A DNA stretch of 39,733 nucleotides from Xanthomonas sp. GTDB lineage: Bacteria > Pseudomonadota > Gammaproteobacteria > Xanthomonadales > SZUA-5. The position numbers were made by a program, and so were the translations under genes. The stretch lies in NCBI GenBank assembly GCA_020693165.1, contig JAIMJQ010000004.1, forward strand, positions 24,289 through 64,021. Reading direction: 5' to 3'. Positions within the stretch are counted from its first letter, which is position 1; each line of letters begins with the position of its first letter. The notes beneath the pieces were generated by a model. It saw only the letters and a list, made by a program, of their open reading frames with translations, had not been told where the DNA came from and made no database searches. Below, piece after piece: positions 1-9,295 of the stretch.

Positions 1-505
1 CCTCGCCCGGCGGGATGATGTCGTCGATGATCTCGGCCTTGAACGACTCGCCCTTGCCTTTGAAGAAGGCGATGGCGTCGTCCTTGGCCATGATGCTGCG
101 TTGGACCGGCAGCGCCTCGGCGACGATCTTCGCCATCTCTGCTTCGATCGCCGCCAGATCTTCCGGCGTGAATGCGCGGTCGAAGGCGAAATCGTAGTAA
201 AAACCGTTGTCGACCACCGGGCCTATCGTGACCTGGGCGTTCGGGAACAATCGCTGCGTCGCCTGCGCCATCAGGTGCGCGGTCGAATGGCGCACGATGT
301 CGAGCGCGTCGGCATGTTTGTCGGTGACGATTTCGAGCTTGCTGTCGCGCTCGATGCGGAAGCTCGCATCCACCAGTTTGCCGTCGACCTTGCCGGCGAG
401 CGTCGCCTTGGCAAGGCCAGGGCCGATGTTGGCAGCGACCTCGGCGATCGTCACCGCTTGTTCGAAGGAACGGATGGAACCGTCGGGGAGTTGGATGTTG
501 ACCAT
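1..505 (-). CDS. thrS: Threonine--tRNA ligase, N-terminal part (continues beyond window start)
   Basis: Manual translation from ATG at 505: [42 protein letters not shown]...[38 protein letters not shown] (TGS and editing domain of ThrRS). SD AAGGAG upstream. Not in the ORF track because its stop is outside the window. Confidence 0.97.
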   Translation of the reverse strand, partial: MVNIQLPDGSIRSFEQAVTIAEVAANIGPGLAKATLAGKVDGKLVDASFRIERDSKLEIVTDKHADALDIVRHSTAHLMAQATQRLFPNAQVTIGPVVDNGFYYDFAFDRAFTPEDLAAIEAEMAKIVAEALPVQRSIMAKDDAIAFFKGKGESFKAEIIDDIIPPGE

Positions 506-597
506 GGTGCTCTCCTTGCGCGACGCCAGCGCTCAATGCGCCAGGGCGGGTGCGGCAAAACGTGGAATTGCGGCAATCGCTGGTATTGGCGATGCAG

Positions 598-624
598 AAA
601 CAAAAAAAGGCGCCGAGCGCCTTT
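598..624 (-). terminator. Intrinsic terminator (attenuator terminator) in the thrS leader
   Basis: Minus strand AAAGGCGC-TCG-GCGCCTTT followed by TTTTGTTT. Confidence 0.85.
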
Positions 625-653
625 GATTGCCGCAAACGAGGACGCCCTACCTG

Positions 654-683
654 TCAGTATTTGATCACCGATGTAGTGCTCAT
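654..683 (-). CDS. Putative thrS leader peptide MSTTSVIKY
   Basis: ATG AGC ACT ACA TCG GTG ATC AAA TAC TGA, with SD GAGGT at 693-689. Tandem Thr codons lie upstream of mutually exclusive hairpins and a terminator. Confidence 0.7.
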   Translation of the reverse strand: MSTTSVIKY

Positions 684-712
684 GTGCCACCTCGCCGCTG
701 TGCCGGATCTCT

Positions 713-787
713 TGGTGGGCGCAACAGGGATCGAACCTGTGACCCCTACCATGTCAAGGTAGTGCTCTACCGCTGAGCTATGCGCCC
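713..787 (-). tRNA. tRNA-Val(GAC)
   Basis: GGGCGCATAGCTCAGCGGTAGAGCACTACCTTGACATGGTAGGGGTCACAGGTTCGATCCCTGTTGCGCCCACCA: cloverleaf, anticodon GAC, TTCGA T-loop, encoded CCA. Confidence 0.98.
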
Positions 788-800
788 AAGAGAGCCGAGG

Positions 801-829
801 ATCATAGCAGCGGTTGCGGGACTCGCCAA
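801..829 (-). promoter_or_regulatory. Putative sigma70 promoter for tRNA-Val/thrS
   Basis: TTGGCG-17 nt-TATGAT with an extended -10 TG; the -10 ends 13 nt upstream of the mature tRNA 5' end. Confidence 0.6.
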
Positions 830-875
830 TAGCTTGGTTGCTGGTTGTAAGCAGAACAGTCAACGCCACGGCGGC

Positions 876-952
876 TCTTGTGGGTCCAGACTTGTCTGGA
901 CGCTCCTCCTCGATGAATCAAGAGCGTCCCGACAGATCTGAACCCGCAAAAG
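876..952. repeat. REP/REPIN-like inverted repeat overlapping the uvrB 3' end
   Basis: TTGTGGGTCCAGACTTGTCTGGACGCTC...GAGCGTCCCGACAGATCTGAACCCGCAA is an imperfect inverted doublet; the left arm is itself palindromic (GTCCAGAC-TT-GTCTGGAC). Confidence 0.7.
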
Positions 953-3020
953 CCTGGAACCCCTGCGCCTTGATCTTCCTGATCTCGTCGCGCACCCGCG
1001 CGGCCTCCTCGAACTCGAGGTTGTGGGCGTGCTGGAACATCTGGTCTTCGAGCTTCTTCAGCTTGGCGCCGAGTTGCTCGGGCGACAGCGCGCTGTAATC
1101 GATGCGCGGCTCGGCGACGCCGATGCGTTTGCGGCCGCGACCACTGCTGGGCGCGCTCGCAGTGCCATCCTCGTTGGCGGGCACCTCGCGCGCGCCCTCC
1201 ATGACATCGGTGACGGTCTTGATGATGCTGCGCGGCGTGATCCCGTGCGCCAGGTTGTACTCGACCTGCCTGGCGCGACGGCGATCGGTTTCGTCGATCG
1301 CGCGGCGCATGGAATCGGTGATGCGGTCGGCATAGAGAATCGCCTTGCCGCGCAGATTGCGCGCGGCGCGGCCGATGGTCTGGATCAGTGATCCGGTTGA
1401 ACGCAAGAAGCCTTCCTTGTCGGCGTCGAGGATCGCCACCAGCGAGACCTCGGGCATGTCGAGACCCTCGCGCAGCAGGTTGATCCCGACCAGCACATCG
1501 AACTTGCCCAGGCGCAGGTCGCGAATGATCTCGACGCGCTCGACGGTTTCGATGTCCGAGTGCAGATAGCGCACCTTGACCCCGTGCTCGCTCAAGTATT
1601 CGGTCAGGTTCTCGGACATGCGCTTGGTCAACGTGGTGACCAGTACGCGGTCGCCCATCGCGGTTCGCAGGTGAATTTCCGACAGCAGGTCGTCGACCTG
1701 GGTTGCGACTGGACGAATTTCTGTCGGCGGGTCGATCAGTCCGGTCGGCCGCACCAACTGTTCGACCACCTTGCCGTCGACCAGTCGCATTTCATACGGG
1801 CCGGGCGTGGCGGACACGAAAATCGTGCGCGGCGCGCGCCGTTCCCATTCCTCGAACCGCAAGGGCCGATTGTCGAGCGCAGACGGCATGCGGAAACCGA
1901 AAGCAACCAGAGTCTCCTTGCGCGAGCGGTCGCCCTTGTACATGGCGCCGAGCTGCGGGATGGTCACGTGGCTCTCGTCGACCACCAGCAATGCATCCGC
2001 CGGCAGGTAATCGAAAAGGGTCGGCGGCGCCTCGCCCTCGGCGCGACCGGTCAGATGTCGCGAGTAGTTCTCGATGCCCTGGCAGTAGCCGATCTCGGCC
2101 ATCATTTCCAGGTCGAACTGGGTGCGCTGCTTCAGCCGCTGCGCCTCCAGCAGTTTGTTTTCGCGATACAGCACCTCCAGGCGATCGGCGAGTTCAGCCT
2201 TGATCGTGGTCACCGCGTCGAGCACGTTGCGCCGCGACGTCACGTAGTGCGACTTCGGATAGATGGTGAAGCGCGGCACGCGCCGGATCATCTCGCCGGT
2301 CAGCGGATCGAACAGCGCGATGTTCTCGACCTCGCCATCGAACAGCTCGATGCGCACCGCCTCCTTGTCGCTTTCGGCCGGATGCACGTCGATGATCTCG
2401 CCGCGCACGCGATAAGTGCCGCGGCGCAGGTCGTAGTCGCCGCGCGTGTACTGCAACTCGGTCAGGCGACGGATGATCTCGCGGTCGGGAATGCGGTCGC
2501 CGCGCACCAGGTGCAACACCATGTTGAAGTACTGGTCGGGATCGCCGAGGCCGTAGATCGCCGACACCGTGGCGACGATGACCACATCCTTGCGCTCCAG
2601 CAGCGCCTTGGTCGCCGACAGCCGCATCTGCTCGATGTGCTCGTTGATGCTGGCGTCCTTCTCGATGTAGGTGTCGCTGGACGGCACATAGGCTTCGGGC
2701 TGGTAGTAGTCGTAATAGGAGACGAAGTACTCGACCGCGTTGTCCGGAAAGAATTCCCTGAACTCGCCGTACAGCTGCGCCGCCAGCGTCTTGTTCGGCG
2801 CCAGCACCAGCGTCGGCCGCTGCACCGACTGGATGACGTTGGCGATCGAGTAGGTCTTGCCGCTGCCGGTGACGCCCAGCAGCACCTGATGGGCGACGCC
2901 GGCATGGAAACCTGCGATCAATTTCGCAATCGCCTGCGGCTGGTCACCGGCAGGCTCGAATGGGGCATGAAGCTGGAAGGACTCGGACAACGGGATTCCC
3001 GGTTTGTGGTGAGCGACCAC
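918..3020 (-). CDS. uvrB: Excinuclease ABC subunit B (start may be TTG at 2990)
   Basis: PAGDQPQAI, Walker [22 protein letters not shown] beta-hairpin, [24 protein letters not shown]-terminal UVR domain ([11 protein letters not shown]). Confidence 0.99.
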   Translation of the reverse strand: MVAHHKPGIPLSESFQLHAPFEPAGDQPQAIAKLIAGFHAGVAHQVLLGVTGSGKTYSIANVIQSVQRPTLVLAPNKTLAAQLYGEFREFFPDNAVEYFVSYYDYYQPEAYVPSSDTYIEKDASINEHIEQMRLSATKALLERKDVVIVATVSAIYGLGDPDQYFNMVLHLVRGDRIPDREIIRRLTELQYTRGDYDLRRGTYRVRGEIIDVHPAESDKEAVRIELFDGEVENIALFDPLTGEMIRRVPRFTIYPKSHYVTSRRNVLDAVTTIKAELADRLEVLYRENKLLEAQRLKQRTQFDLEMMAEIGYCQGIENYSRHLTGRAEGEAPPTLFDYLPADALLVVDESHVTIPQLGAMYKGDRSRKETLVAFGFRMPSALDNRPLRFEEWERRAPRTIFVSATPGPYEMRLVDGKVVEQLVRPTGLIDPPTEIRPVATQVDDLLSEIHLRTAMGDRVLVTTLTKRMSENLTEYLSEHGVKVRYLHSDIETVERVEIIRDLRLGKFDVLVGINLLREGLDMPEVSLVAILDADKEGFLRSTGSLIQTIGRAARNLRGKAILYADRITDSMRRAIDETDRRRARQVEYNLAHGITPRSIIKTVTDVMEGAREVPANEDGTASAPSSGRGRKRIGVAEPRIDYSALSPEQLGAKLKKLEDQMFQHAHNLEFEEAARVRDEIRKIKAQGFQAFAGSDLSGRS

Positions 3021-3246
3021 GAGGGTCAGGTGAGCCGCGAAGCGGGCTGAATGACTCGATGAATTGTCGCGCCGACAACTCGCGTCATCGTGACCGGCAT
3101 CCGGTCGCGACGTCCGCGTCGCTCCTGCAAAATCGCCGCTGGCCGCTTCGAAGTCGGAAATTTCCTACGTCCGAATCAGAACTGTGCCGAAGGCAGATTC
3201 AAGCGACGAGCCTAGCGTATCCGACACCCCTTGCCGGAGCGTGAAC

Positions 3247-3795
3247 ATGCACATCCCTCGCCATCGCCGCCGTGACTGTCGTGGATTGATGCTGGCCGAA
3301 CTGATCGTGGTCCTCGGCATTATTGCCATCCTGATGCTGGCTGCAGCGCCGTCATTCAGATCGACGCTCGCTTCGAGCCAGCTGACAACCGCCAAGAACG
3401 CACTGGTGCTGGGACTGCAGCGAGCACGCACGGAGGCGGTGGCGCGCGGGCGCGAGCAGGTATTGTGCCCGAGTCGCGACGGTCGGCGTTGCGAGGACGC
3501 CAGCGAATGGTCGCAAGGCTGGTTGCTGTTCTCCGACCTGAACCGCAACGGCAGATTCGATCCGGTTGAGCCGCTGTTACTCAGTCAGGCACTGGACGCG
3601 AACCTCGTCAGCGTGCGCAGCACCAGTGGTCGGCGGCGCATCGTCTATCGCGGCATGGGCGAAGCACCCGGAACCAACGTGACCTTCGTGATCTGCAGCC
3701 GGCAACGCGCCGACCAGGGCGGTCAGGTGATAGTTTCCAATTCGGGTCGGGTGCGCACCCTGAATTTCGCACCTCCTGCAGCCTGCACCGGATGA
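3247..3795 (+). CDS. fimT: GspH/FimT-family type IV minor pilin (orphan FimT)
   Basis: Prepilin cleavage motif RG|LMLAELIVVLGIIAIL (E5 kept), ARTEAV...LCPS...C...WSQGW core, C-terminal GRVR motif. Confidence 0.8.
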   Translation: MHIPRHRRRDCRGLMLAELIVVLGIIAILMLAAAPSFRSTLASSQLTTAKNALVLGLQRARTEAVARGREQVLCPSRDGRRCEDASEWSQGWLLFSDLNRNGRFDPVEPLLLSQALDANLVSVRSTSGRRRIVYRGMGEAPGTNVTFVICSRQRADQGGQVIVSNSGRVRTLNFAPPAACTG

Positions 3796-5082
3796 ATGAA
3801 CATGCCGAATCCATCCCCGCCCCACTCTGCTGCCGGCACCCGCGCTGCGCAGGATCTGCCGTTCTGGGAGCGCATGCGCCCGATGCTGGCCTATCCGCTG
3901 CAATCCGAAGCGCTGCTGACGATCAGCGTGCTGGCGCTGCTGCGGTTGCTGGTTTACGTCCCTGGCCTTGGCTGGCTGCTCAACATCATCATTACCGCCG
4001 GGCTGTTCAAGTACGCCGCGGAAGTGCTGAGCAATACCGCCAACGGCAACATGGAGGCGCCCACCGGCTACGCGACGCCGGACTCGGTCGGCTGGGTCGT
4101 GCTCAAGGTACAGGTGCTGATGTGGGTTCTGGCCGTCGTGCTGGTGATCATGCTGAGCCGCATGGGTGCCGGCGATCTCGCCTGGATTCCAGCCATCGCC
4201 ATCGCCCTCGGCGCGCCGGCGGCGCTGATGTCGGCAGCGATCGACCAGGACACCTTCGGTGCACTCAATCCGGGCATGTGGTGGGCAACCATCACCCGTA
4301 TCGGCTGGCCCTATATCGGCGCTTCGCTGCTGTGCCTGGTGATCATGTACAGCGAAGCCAATGCGCGCGACCTGCTGGTGCCGTTCCTGCCGGGCCCGCT
4401 GGCGATCATCGGCCACTATTTCATCGGTCACTACGCCACCATCGTCACCTTCCACCTGCTCGGTTACCTGGTCTATCAGTACCGCGACGAACTCGGCTAT
4501 CAGATCAAGACCAACACACCGACCGCGTTGCCGCGACCGCCGGATCGCGACCAGGCGATCCTCGACCAGAGCGAACGCCTGGCCGCCGATGGCAACACCC
4601 TGGAGGCGGCCCGGATACTCGGCGCCCATCTCGATGAGCGCGGCGGAACCGACAGCGCGCACCTACGCTATCGCAAACTGCTGGTCCTGCACGGCGATCA
4701 GGCCGGTCTCGACAAACACTCACGCCAGTATCTCAACGTACTGATTGCGCACGACAAGTGGCGCATGGCGCTGGATTTCTGGGCCGAGTGCCGCAGTTCC
4801 AACGCCGATCTCTGGCCGAGCGACCCGGACCAGGTGCGCGAGTTGGTCGAGCAGGCGCACGCGCTCGGGCAGCCGGCGCTGTCGCTGAAATTCGCCAACG
4901 GCTTCGCGCGCGCGTTCCCGAAGCACACCAGCGTGCCACTGGTGCACCTGCGCGTTGCCCAGGCACTGGCCGAAGCACTCGGCCAGCGCGAGCAGGCGCG
5001 CAGCCTGCTGGATTCCACGCTGGCCGCCTATCCGAAATCGAAGCATCTGGCGGACATCGATGCGTATCGGTCACGGCTGTGA
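3796..5082 (+). CDS. Hypothetical membrane protein: multi-TM N-terminal half and TPR-like helical C-terminal half
   Basis: About 6 hydrophobic segments, then an Ala/Leu-rich helical region ending in a TPR-like motif (LRVAQALAEALGQREQARSLLDSTLAAYPKS). ATG directly abuts the fimT stop. Confidence 0.8.
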   Translation: MNMPNPSPPHSAAGTRAAQDLPFWERMRPMLAYPLQSEALLTISVLALLRLLVYVPGLGWLLNIIITAGLFKYAAEVLSNTANGNMEAPTGYATPDSVGWVVLKVQVLMWVLAVVLVIMLSRMGAGDLAWIPAIAIALGAPAALMSAAIDQDTFGALNPGMWWATITRIGWPYIGASLLCLVIMYSEANARDLLVPFLPGPLAIIGHYFIGHYATIVTFHLLGYLVYQYRDELGYQIKTNTPTALPRPPDRDQAILDQSERLAADGNTLEAARILGAHLDERGGTDSAHLRYRKLLVLHGDQAGLDKHSRQYLNVLIAHDKWRMALDFWAECRSSNADLWPSDPDQVRELVEQAHALGQPALSLKFANGFARAFPKHTSVPLVHLRVAQALAEALGQREQARSLLDSTLAAYPKSKHLADIDAYRSRL

Positions 5083-5154
5083 GGTCTCGGGCCACTTTGT
5101 GGGAGTCCGTGTCCGCCGCTTCGATGCGCAACGTCGCGCAAGGAACCTGCGCGC

Positions 5155-5236
5155 CACCTGCGGGAGCGGGATCTGCCCGCGATGCTCTTGCTGCCGCCTG
5201 CGCAAAGCTCGCGGGCAGAGCCCGCTCCCACAGGTG
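5155..5236. repeat. REPIN-like inverted REP doublet between convergent genes
   Basis: CACCTGCGGGAGCGGGATCTGCCCGCGA...TCGCGGGCAGAGCCCGCTCCCACAGGTG, resembling GTGGGAGC-type REPs. A partial TGTGGGAG start lies at about 5098. Confidence 0.8.
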
Positions 5237-5244
5237 AAGCAAGA

Positions 5245-7992
5245 TCAGTGCTCGGCAGCATCTGCAGAGTACGCCGCCATCAGCGCCGCGTGCGATCGTG
5301 CGTAGCTGAGCAGGTCCGGGTAACGAAGCATCATGCGCAGGTCGATCAGGCCCGCATGCTGATGCCCCTGCGGACACCACAGGATCGCTCCGGCACTCAT
5401 CTTGCCGCCGGCATCCAGCGACCAGCAGCCGACCAGTTCGGCACTGGCCGCGAACGCGACGCGCTCGCCGCCGGGCATGCGGCGGACGTCGCCGGGACGC
5501 TGCAACTGCTGCAGCCACAGGTTGCCGGCCAGTTCCATCGTGTCGACCACGTGCAGCGATTCCACCGGCCCCAGTTGCAGGCTCGCGTGGCCATTGTGCA
5601 AGCCCAGCAATTCGCGATAGTCGGCGGGCAGCGACCGGCCGAGGCGCTGCTCGGCTGCGGCAATCGCTTCCGGCGTCGCCGGATCAGCAGCTTCCGGCAG
5701 CGACGCCAGCCAACGGTAGGGCAGCGGAATCTGCGGCTCGATTGCCGCCAGCACCCTTGACCAGTCGGCGTTGGCGAAGCGCGCGTAGGCCTGCTGCGTG
5801 CGTTCGGCGGTTTCCTCGGCGTAGTCGCGCGCAGCGCGCGCCGAGATCCAGCGCTGCTCCAGCCAGGCGCGGACGCTGCGATAGCCGCTCGGCGATTCCA
5901 GCCACAGTTCCAGCAACTGCACCGGCTGCGCGGCCGGGTCCGGGTTGAACAGCAGCAACTCGCCCTCGAACTCGCCGACCAGCAGCCAGTCGCGCAAGTT
6001 GTCGCGACCGATCTGCGGCTGTGGAAAGGCGTCGCTGCCGGCGACCGAGTAGCTGATCTGCTGCGCTCCGATGGTATCGAACAGCTCTTCCACTTGCGAT
6101 CCGGCGCGACGCAGTTGCGCCAGCGGCGCCAGCGACAGGGCCCCGATGCCGTCGTGCATCCGGTACAGGTTTGCGAGCGCGTGCGGGACCGGCATGCCGA
6201 TGCGTTCGCCAGCGGCTGCCAATGCACTTTCCGCGGCCGGCGGCGCGGTGTCCTGCGGCCAGTCCGTGTCGGCGATCAGGTCTTCCACCAGCGCCTGGTC
6301 GGATTTGCCGGATGCTTCGCGCTGGCGCTGCTCCCGCTGTGCATCGGCGGCTTGCCGACGCGCCTCGATCGCCTCGGCGCTGGCTGCGCCAGTCGCTCCG
6401 TTGTCGAGGCTGGCGCCGACCAGCAAGGCGCCGACAGGAACCACCAGCAGCACGGCGTAGACGGTGCCGACCAGCAGCGTTTGCCAGGCGCGCATCGGAC
6501 GTCGGTCGAGCCGGTGCAGGACTTCGAGGACCTGCTCGACGCGCTGTTTGCCGACGCGGGCCGGACCGAGCGCATGCTCCAGCGCGTCGGCGACTATCCT
6601 GAGGCGCATCGGCCGCGCCATGCCGACGGCGGGCGGCGCACCCGCCAGTTGCGCGAGCGCGCGATGCGCCTGCAATCTGCCCGGCAGACTGAAGAGCTGC
6701 AGCAGCGCCAGCACGGTCAGCAGGACCACGTCGTAGGTCCACGCCAACCAAGCGCCAAGCAGGCAGGCGACGGCGACGAAGCCGACCTCGAGCCATGCCC
6801 GACGCGGCGGCAACAGCGCCTGCACGACGTGAGCGCCGTCGAGCGGCGGTACCGGCAGCACGTTCAGGTAATTGATCAGCAGGAACAGCAGCGCCCAGGT
6901 CGTCGGTTCGCCGAGTCCCGCCGGCCACGCGTCCAATGCCACCGCAACCAGGACCGCCCAGCCGATCAAGATGCCCGGCAACGGTCCCATCAACGACATC
7001 CAGGCACTGCGATGGGCGCTGGGGTCGACGTCCTGGCCGATGGCGACGCCACCGACCAGCGGCAGCGCCATCATGTGCACATTGCGGTAGCCGAAGGCGC
7101 GCATCGCCAGGAAATGGCCGAGTTCGTGGATGACGATCACGACCAGGATCATCCACGCGGTGGCGAGGTCCCAGAGCAGCGCGCCGAGCGCCATGAACAG
7201 GCCGACGCTGACCGCGAACAGCGCCAGCTCGATCGACCGCGCCGGCGCGCGCTCGCGCAGCCGTTCGAACTGGGTAGCCACCATCGCGATCCGCGCTGGC
7301 GGCACCGGGTGCGCATCCGGCGGTGGCTTGGGGACACGCCGGATCAGGCCGAGGGCACGCCACGCCATGCGCAGGCCAGGCCGCGCCAGGTCGTCCGCGA
7401 CCGGCTTCAGGTCGCCGCTGGCGAGCAGCCGTTGGCGCTGGCGCTCCATCCAGTCCTCGTGGAAAGCGAGCAGCCCGGCGGCCGTCGCGCCATCCGGATC
7501 GGCCTGCCCGTGCGTGGCCACCAGCGCGCGGTGGGCGGCCCACTGCTCCGCGAAGCCGGGCCCGGCGACGCTCTGCACGATGCAGTCGTCGCTCCGGTAC
7601 AACTCGAAGAAGCAGTCGAAGGGCTGGGAAATGACCATGCGACCATCGGTCAACCGGGTCACGTAGTAGCACAGCAGGCGGTTCGCGGCCAGGATCGTCG
7701 GCGGCAGCAGCCACAGCGCGGCATGCTCGAGCGGATGCACATGCACGGCGCGCAGCGGCGCGACCGATGCATCCGGCGCAGCCATGTGCGCCCAGCGCGC
7801 CGCGTCGAACCCGAGTTCGCGGAGTTCCGACTCGGCCTGCGCATGCAGGTCGGCAAGGGCCGACGGCGCCGCAGCCGCGATGAACCGCGCCCGCACGCGC
7901 GCGAACGGCAACGCCGCCACCTGGCGCAACTGGATGATGCGCACGATCAGCGCGATCGCGCCGATCAGGGCGAGGATGTCGATCAGCAACAC
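5245..7992 (-). CDS. Site-2 protease (peptidase M50) fused to two C-terminal SMI1/KNR4 (SUKH)-like domains; start GTG 7992 or TTG 8022
   Basis: IVIHELGH zinc motif, SLMGP and NVLPVPPLDG M50 motifs. After a further TM come PPAAESALAAAGERIGMPVPHALANLYRMHDG and PATPEAIAAAEQRLGRSLPADYRELLGLHNG, both typical SMI1/KNR4 N-terminal signatures. Confidence 0.88.
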   Translation of the reverse strand: MLLIDILALIGAIALIVRIIQLRQVAALPFARVRARFIAAAAPSALADLHAQAESELRELGFDAARWAHMAAPDASVAPLRAVHVHPLEHAALWLLPPTILAANRLLCYYVTRLTDGRMVISQPFDCFFELYRSDDCIVQSVAGPGFAEQWAAHRALVATHGQADPDGATAAGLLAFHEDWMERQRQRLLASGDLKPVADDLARPGLRMAWRALGLIRRVPKPPPDAHPVPPARIAMVATQFERLRERAPARSIELALFAVSVGLFMALGALLWDLATAWMILVVIVIHELGHFLAMRAFGYRNVHMMALPLVGGVAIGQDVDPSAHRSAWMSLMGPLPGILIGWAVLVAVALDAWPAGLGEPTTWALLFLLINYLNVLPVPPLDGAHVVQALLPPRRAWLEVGFVAVACLLGAWLAWTYDVVLLTVLALLQLFSLPGRLQAHRALAQLAGAPPAVGMARPMRLRIVADALEHALGPARVGKQRVEQVLEVLHRLDRRPMRAWQTLLVGTVYAVLLVVPVGALLVGASLDNGATGAASAEAIEARRQAADAQREQRQREASGKSDQALVEDLIADTDWPQDTAPPAAESALAAAGERIGMPVPHALANLYRMHDGIGALSLAPLAQLRRAGSQVEELFDTIGAQQISYSVAGSDAFPQPQIGRDNLRDWLLVGEFEGELLLFNPDPAAQPVQLLELWLESPSGYRSVRAWLEQRWISARAARDYAEETAERTQQAYARFANADWSRVLAAIEPQIPLPYRWLASLPEAADPATPEAIAAAEQRLGRSLPADYRELLGLHNGHASLQLGPVESLHVVDTMELAGNLWLQQLQRPGDVRRMPGGERVAFAASAELVGCWSLDAGGKMSAGAILWCPQGHQHAGLIDLRMMLRYPDLLSYARSHAALMAAYSADAAEH

Positions 7993-8088
7993 GCGACCGA
8001 TCCAGACTGGAGATCGCCCCAACTATTCGCAGCTATCGACCAATACGCAACCGTTGGTCACACGCGTGAAAACACGGTCGTGCTCGCC

Positions 8089-8547
8089 TCAGGCATGCGC
8101 GCCGACAGCGCAGCGCCGCGCCTGGTACCAGGCGTCGGCAGCAGCCGCCGCGGCGGCGCCGGCCACCGCGGCCCACAGCAACGGGCTACCGAGCAGATCG
8201 ATGCCGGGCAACAGCGACAGCGTCGCGCTGGCGCGCAGCGAATCCAGCAGCAGCGGGCCGGCGAATACCAGCACAGCGGCCAGGCCGAGCAGTCCGGCGA
8301 TGCGGATCATCCAGCGCTCGATGTGCTCGTCGACCTCGGCCTCGCGCACGGCAAGCAGGGTCAGCTCGCCAAAGTCGATGGGCGGCTCGGAACGCGGCGC
8401 CGTCGCCACGCCGTGGAATACCGCGCGATAGGCATCGACGCGGGCGTCGCCGCTTGCGGGCGCCGCGCGCCGGTGGTGCGCCAGCGCCTGCTCCTGCGCC
8501 AGCCACTCGGCGTCTTTGCTCGGATTCGACTCGATTTTTTGGTTCAT
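8089..8547 (-). CDS. Putative membrane anti-sigma factor (2 TM)
   Basis: ATGA overlap with the sigma factor stop. Soluble N-terminus (EWLAQEQAL...SEPPIDF) followed by two hydrophobic helices. Position is typical of an ECF anti-sigma. Confidence 0.7.
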   Translation of the reverse strand: MNQKIESNPSKDAEWLAQEQALAHHRRAAPASGDARVDAYRAVFHGVATAPRSEPPIDFGELTLLAVREAEVDEHIERWMIRIAGLLGLAAVLVFAGPLLLDSLRASATLSLLPGIDLLGSPLLWAAVAGAAAAAAADAWYQARRCAVGAHA

Positions 8548-9116
8548 GCGGCGACTCCCATGGCCAGTCCAAGGCGCTCGCGCAATCGCCTGCGGGCGCG
8601 GAACAGGCTGTTCTTCACCGTGCCCTCGGGCTGCCCGGTGATGTTGCTGATCTCGCTGATGCCGAGTTCATCCAGATGATAGAGGGCGATCAGCGTGCGC
8701 TGCATCGGCGGTAGCGCCTCCATTTCCTCGGCGACGCAGGCCATCAGTTCGGCATCGGCGAAAGCCTCGGCGAGGTCGAAAGCGTCGGCGACCTGCGCCA
8801 GCGGATCGTCGCGGTCGTCGTCGTCGCGACCGGGGCCGTCGTCGATCGGCAGGCGCTTGCGCTGCAGGTGCCTGCTGGCGATGGAAAACGCGATGCGACC
8901 GATCCAGGTCGCCAGCGAGCTCTCGTAGCGGTACTGCCCGAGCTTCTGGTAGACGCGCAGGAACACTTCCTGGCTGAGTTCGCGCGTGTCTTCCGGGTGC
9001 CGCACCATGCGTTCGACCACATGCCAGACCAGTTTCTGGTGCTCGCGCACGAGCCGCTCGAAAGCCCCCGGCGCATGCGCCAGCACCGCCTCCACCAAGG
9101 TCCGGTCATCGTTCAT
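8544..9116 (-). CDS. ECF RNA polymerase sigma factor
   Basis: MNDDRTLVEAV...AFERLVREHQKLVW...ELSQEVFLRVYQKL...SSLATWIGRIA (region 2) and LPPMQRTLIALYHLDELGISEISNITGQPEGTVKNSLFRAR (region 4). Likely start is ATG 9116. Confidence 0.95.
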   Translation of the reverse strand: MNDDRTLVEAVLAHAPGAFERLVREHQKLVWHVVERMVRHPEDTRELSQEVFLRVYQKLGQYRYESSLATWIGRIAFSIASRHLQRKRLPIDDGPGRDDDDRDDPLAQVADAFDLAEAFADAELMACVAEEMEALPPMQRTLIALYHLDELGISEISNITGQPEGTVKNSLFRARRRLRERLGLAMGVAA

Positions 9117-9121
9117 GGCCA

Positions 9122-9157
9122 GATGGATACCCGCAAGGCGAATTCGGTTGCAGCCAA
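9122..9157 (-). promoter_or_regulatory. Putative ECF promoter for the sigma operon
   Basis: Minus strand TTGGCTGCAACCG-14 nt-GGTATCCATC, ending a few nt before ATG 9116. Confidence 0.55.
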
Positions 9158-9217
9158 TCTGCGCCCGCCGGGACCGGGCCGCAATCGGATCGACAGCCTT
9201 CGAAAAAATCTTCGCTG

Positions 9218-9253
9218 TTGGCTGCAACCGTCTGCCCGATCGTCGTCTCTATC
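9218..9253 (+). promoter_or_regulatory. Putative ECF promoter for the divergent membrane-protein gene
   Basis: Plus strand TTGGCTGCAACCG...CGTCTCTATC: the same 13-mer as on the opposite strand, same spacing (TGCAAC-15 nt-CGTC), ECF-like AAC/CGT elements. Confidence 0.6.
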
Positions 9254-9295
9254 GCAACGAACGGGCAATCCGACCCGCCGCCCCAGGAGTCAGTC

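Noticed and set aside
506-712. T-box riboswitch or E. coli-type thrS operator
   Set aside because: No T-box UGGNACC motif seen next to the terminator and too little room for stem I. The leader-peptide model explains the stems better.
713-787. tRNA-Val as an integration site for an island or prophage
   Set aside because: No integrase nearby, no duplicated tRNA 3' end seen, and the flanks are core genes (thrS, uvrB).
6094-8679. 861-aa plus-strand ORF and other long alternative ORFs (1560-3050, 5684-7714, 12280-15129, 12588-14234, 24999-26459, 33949-35685, 34289-35797)
   Set aside because: Shadow or antisense frames of clearly identified genes, expected in high-GC DNA; Arg/Ala/Gly-rich with no recognisable motifs.
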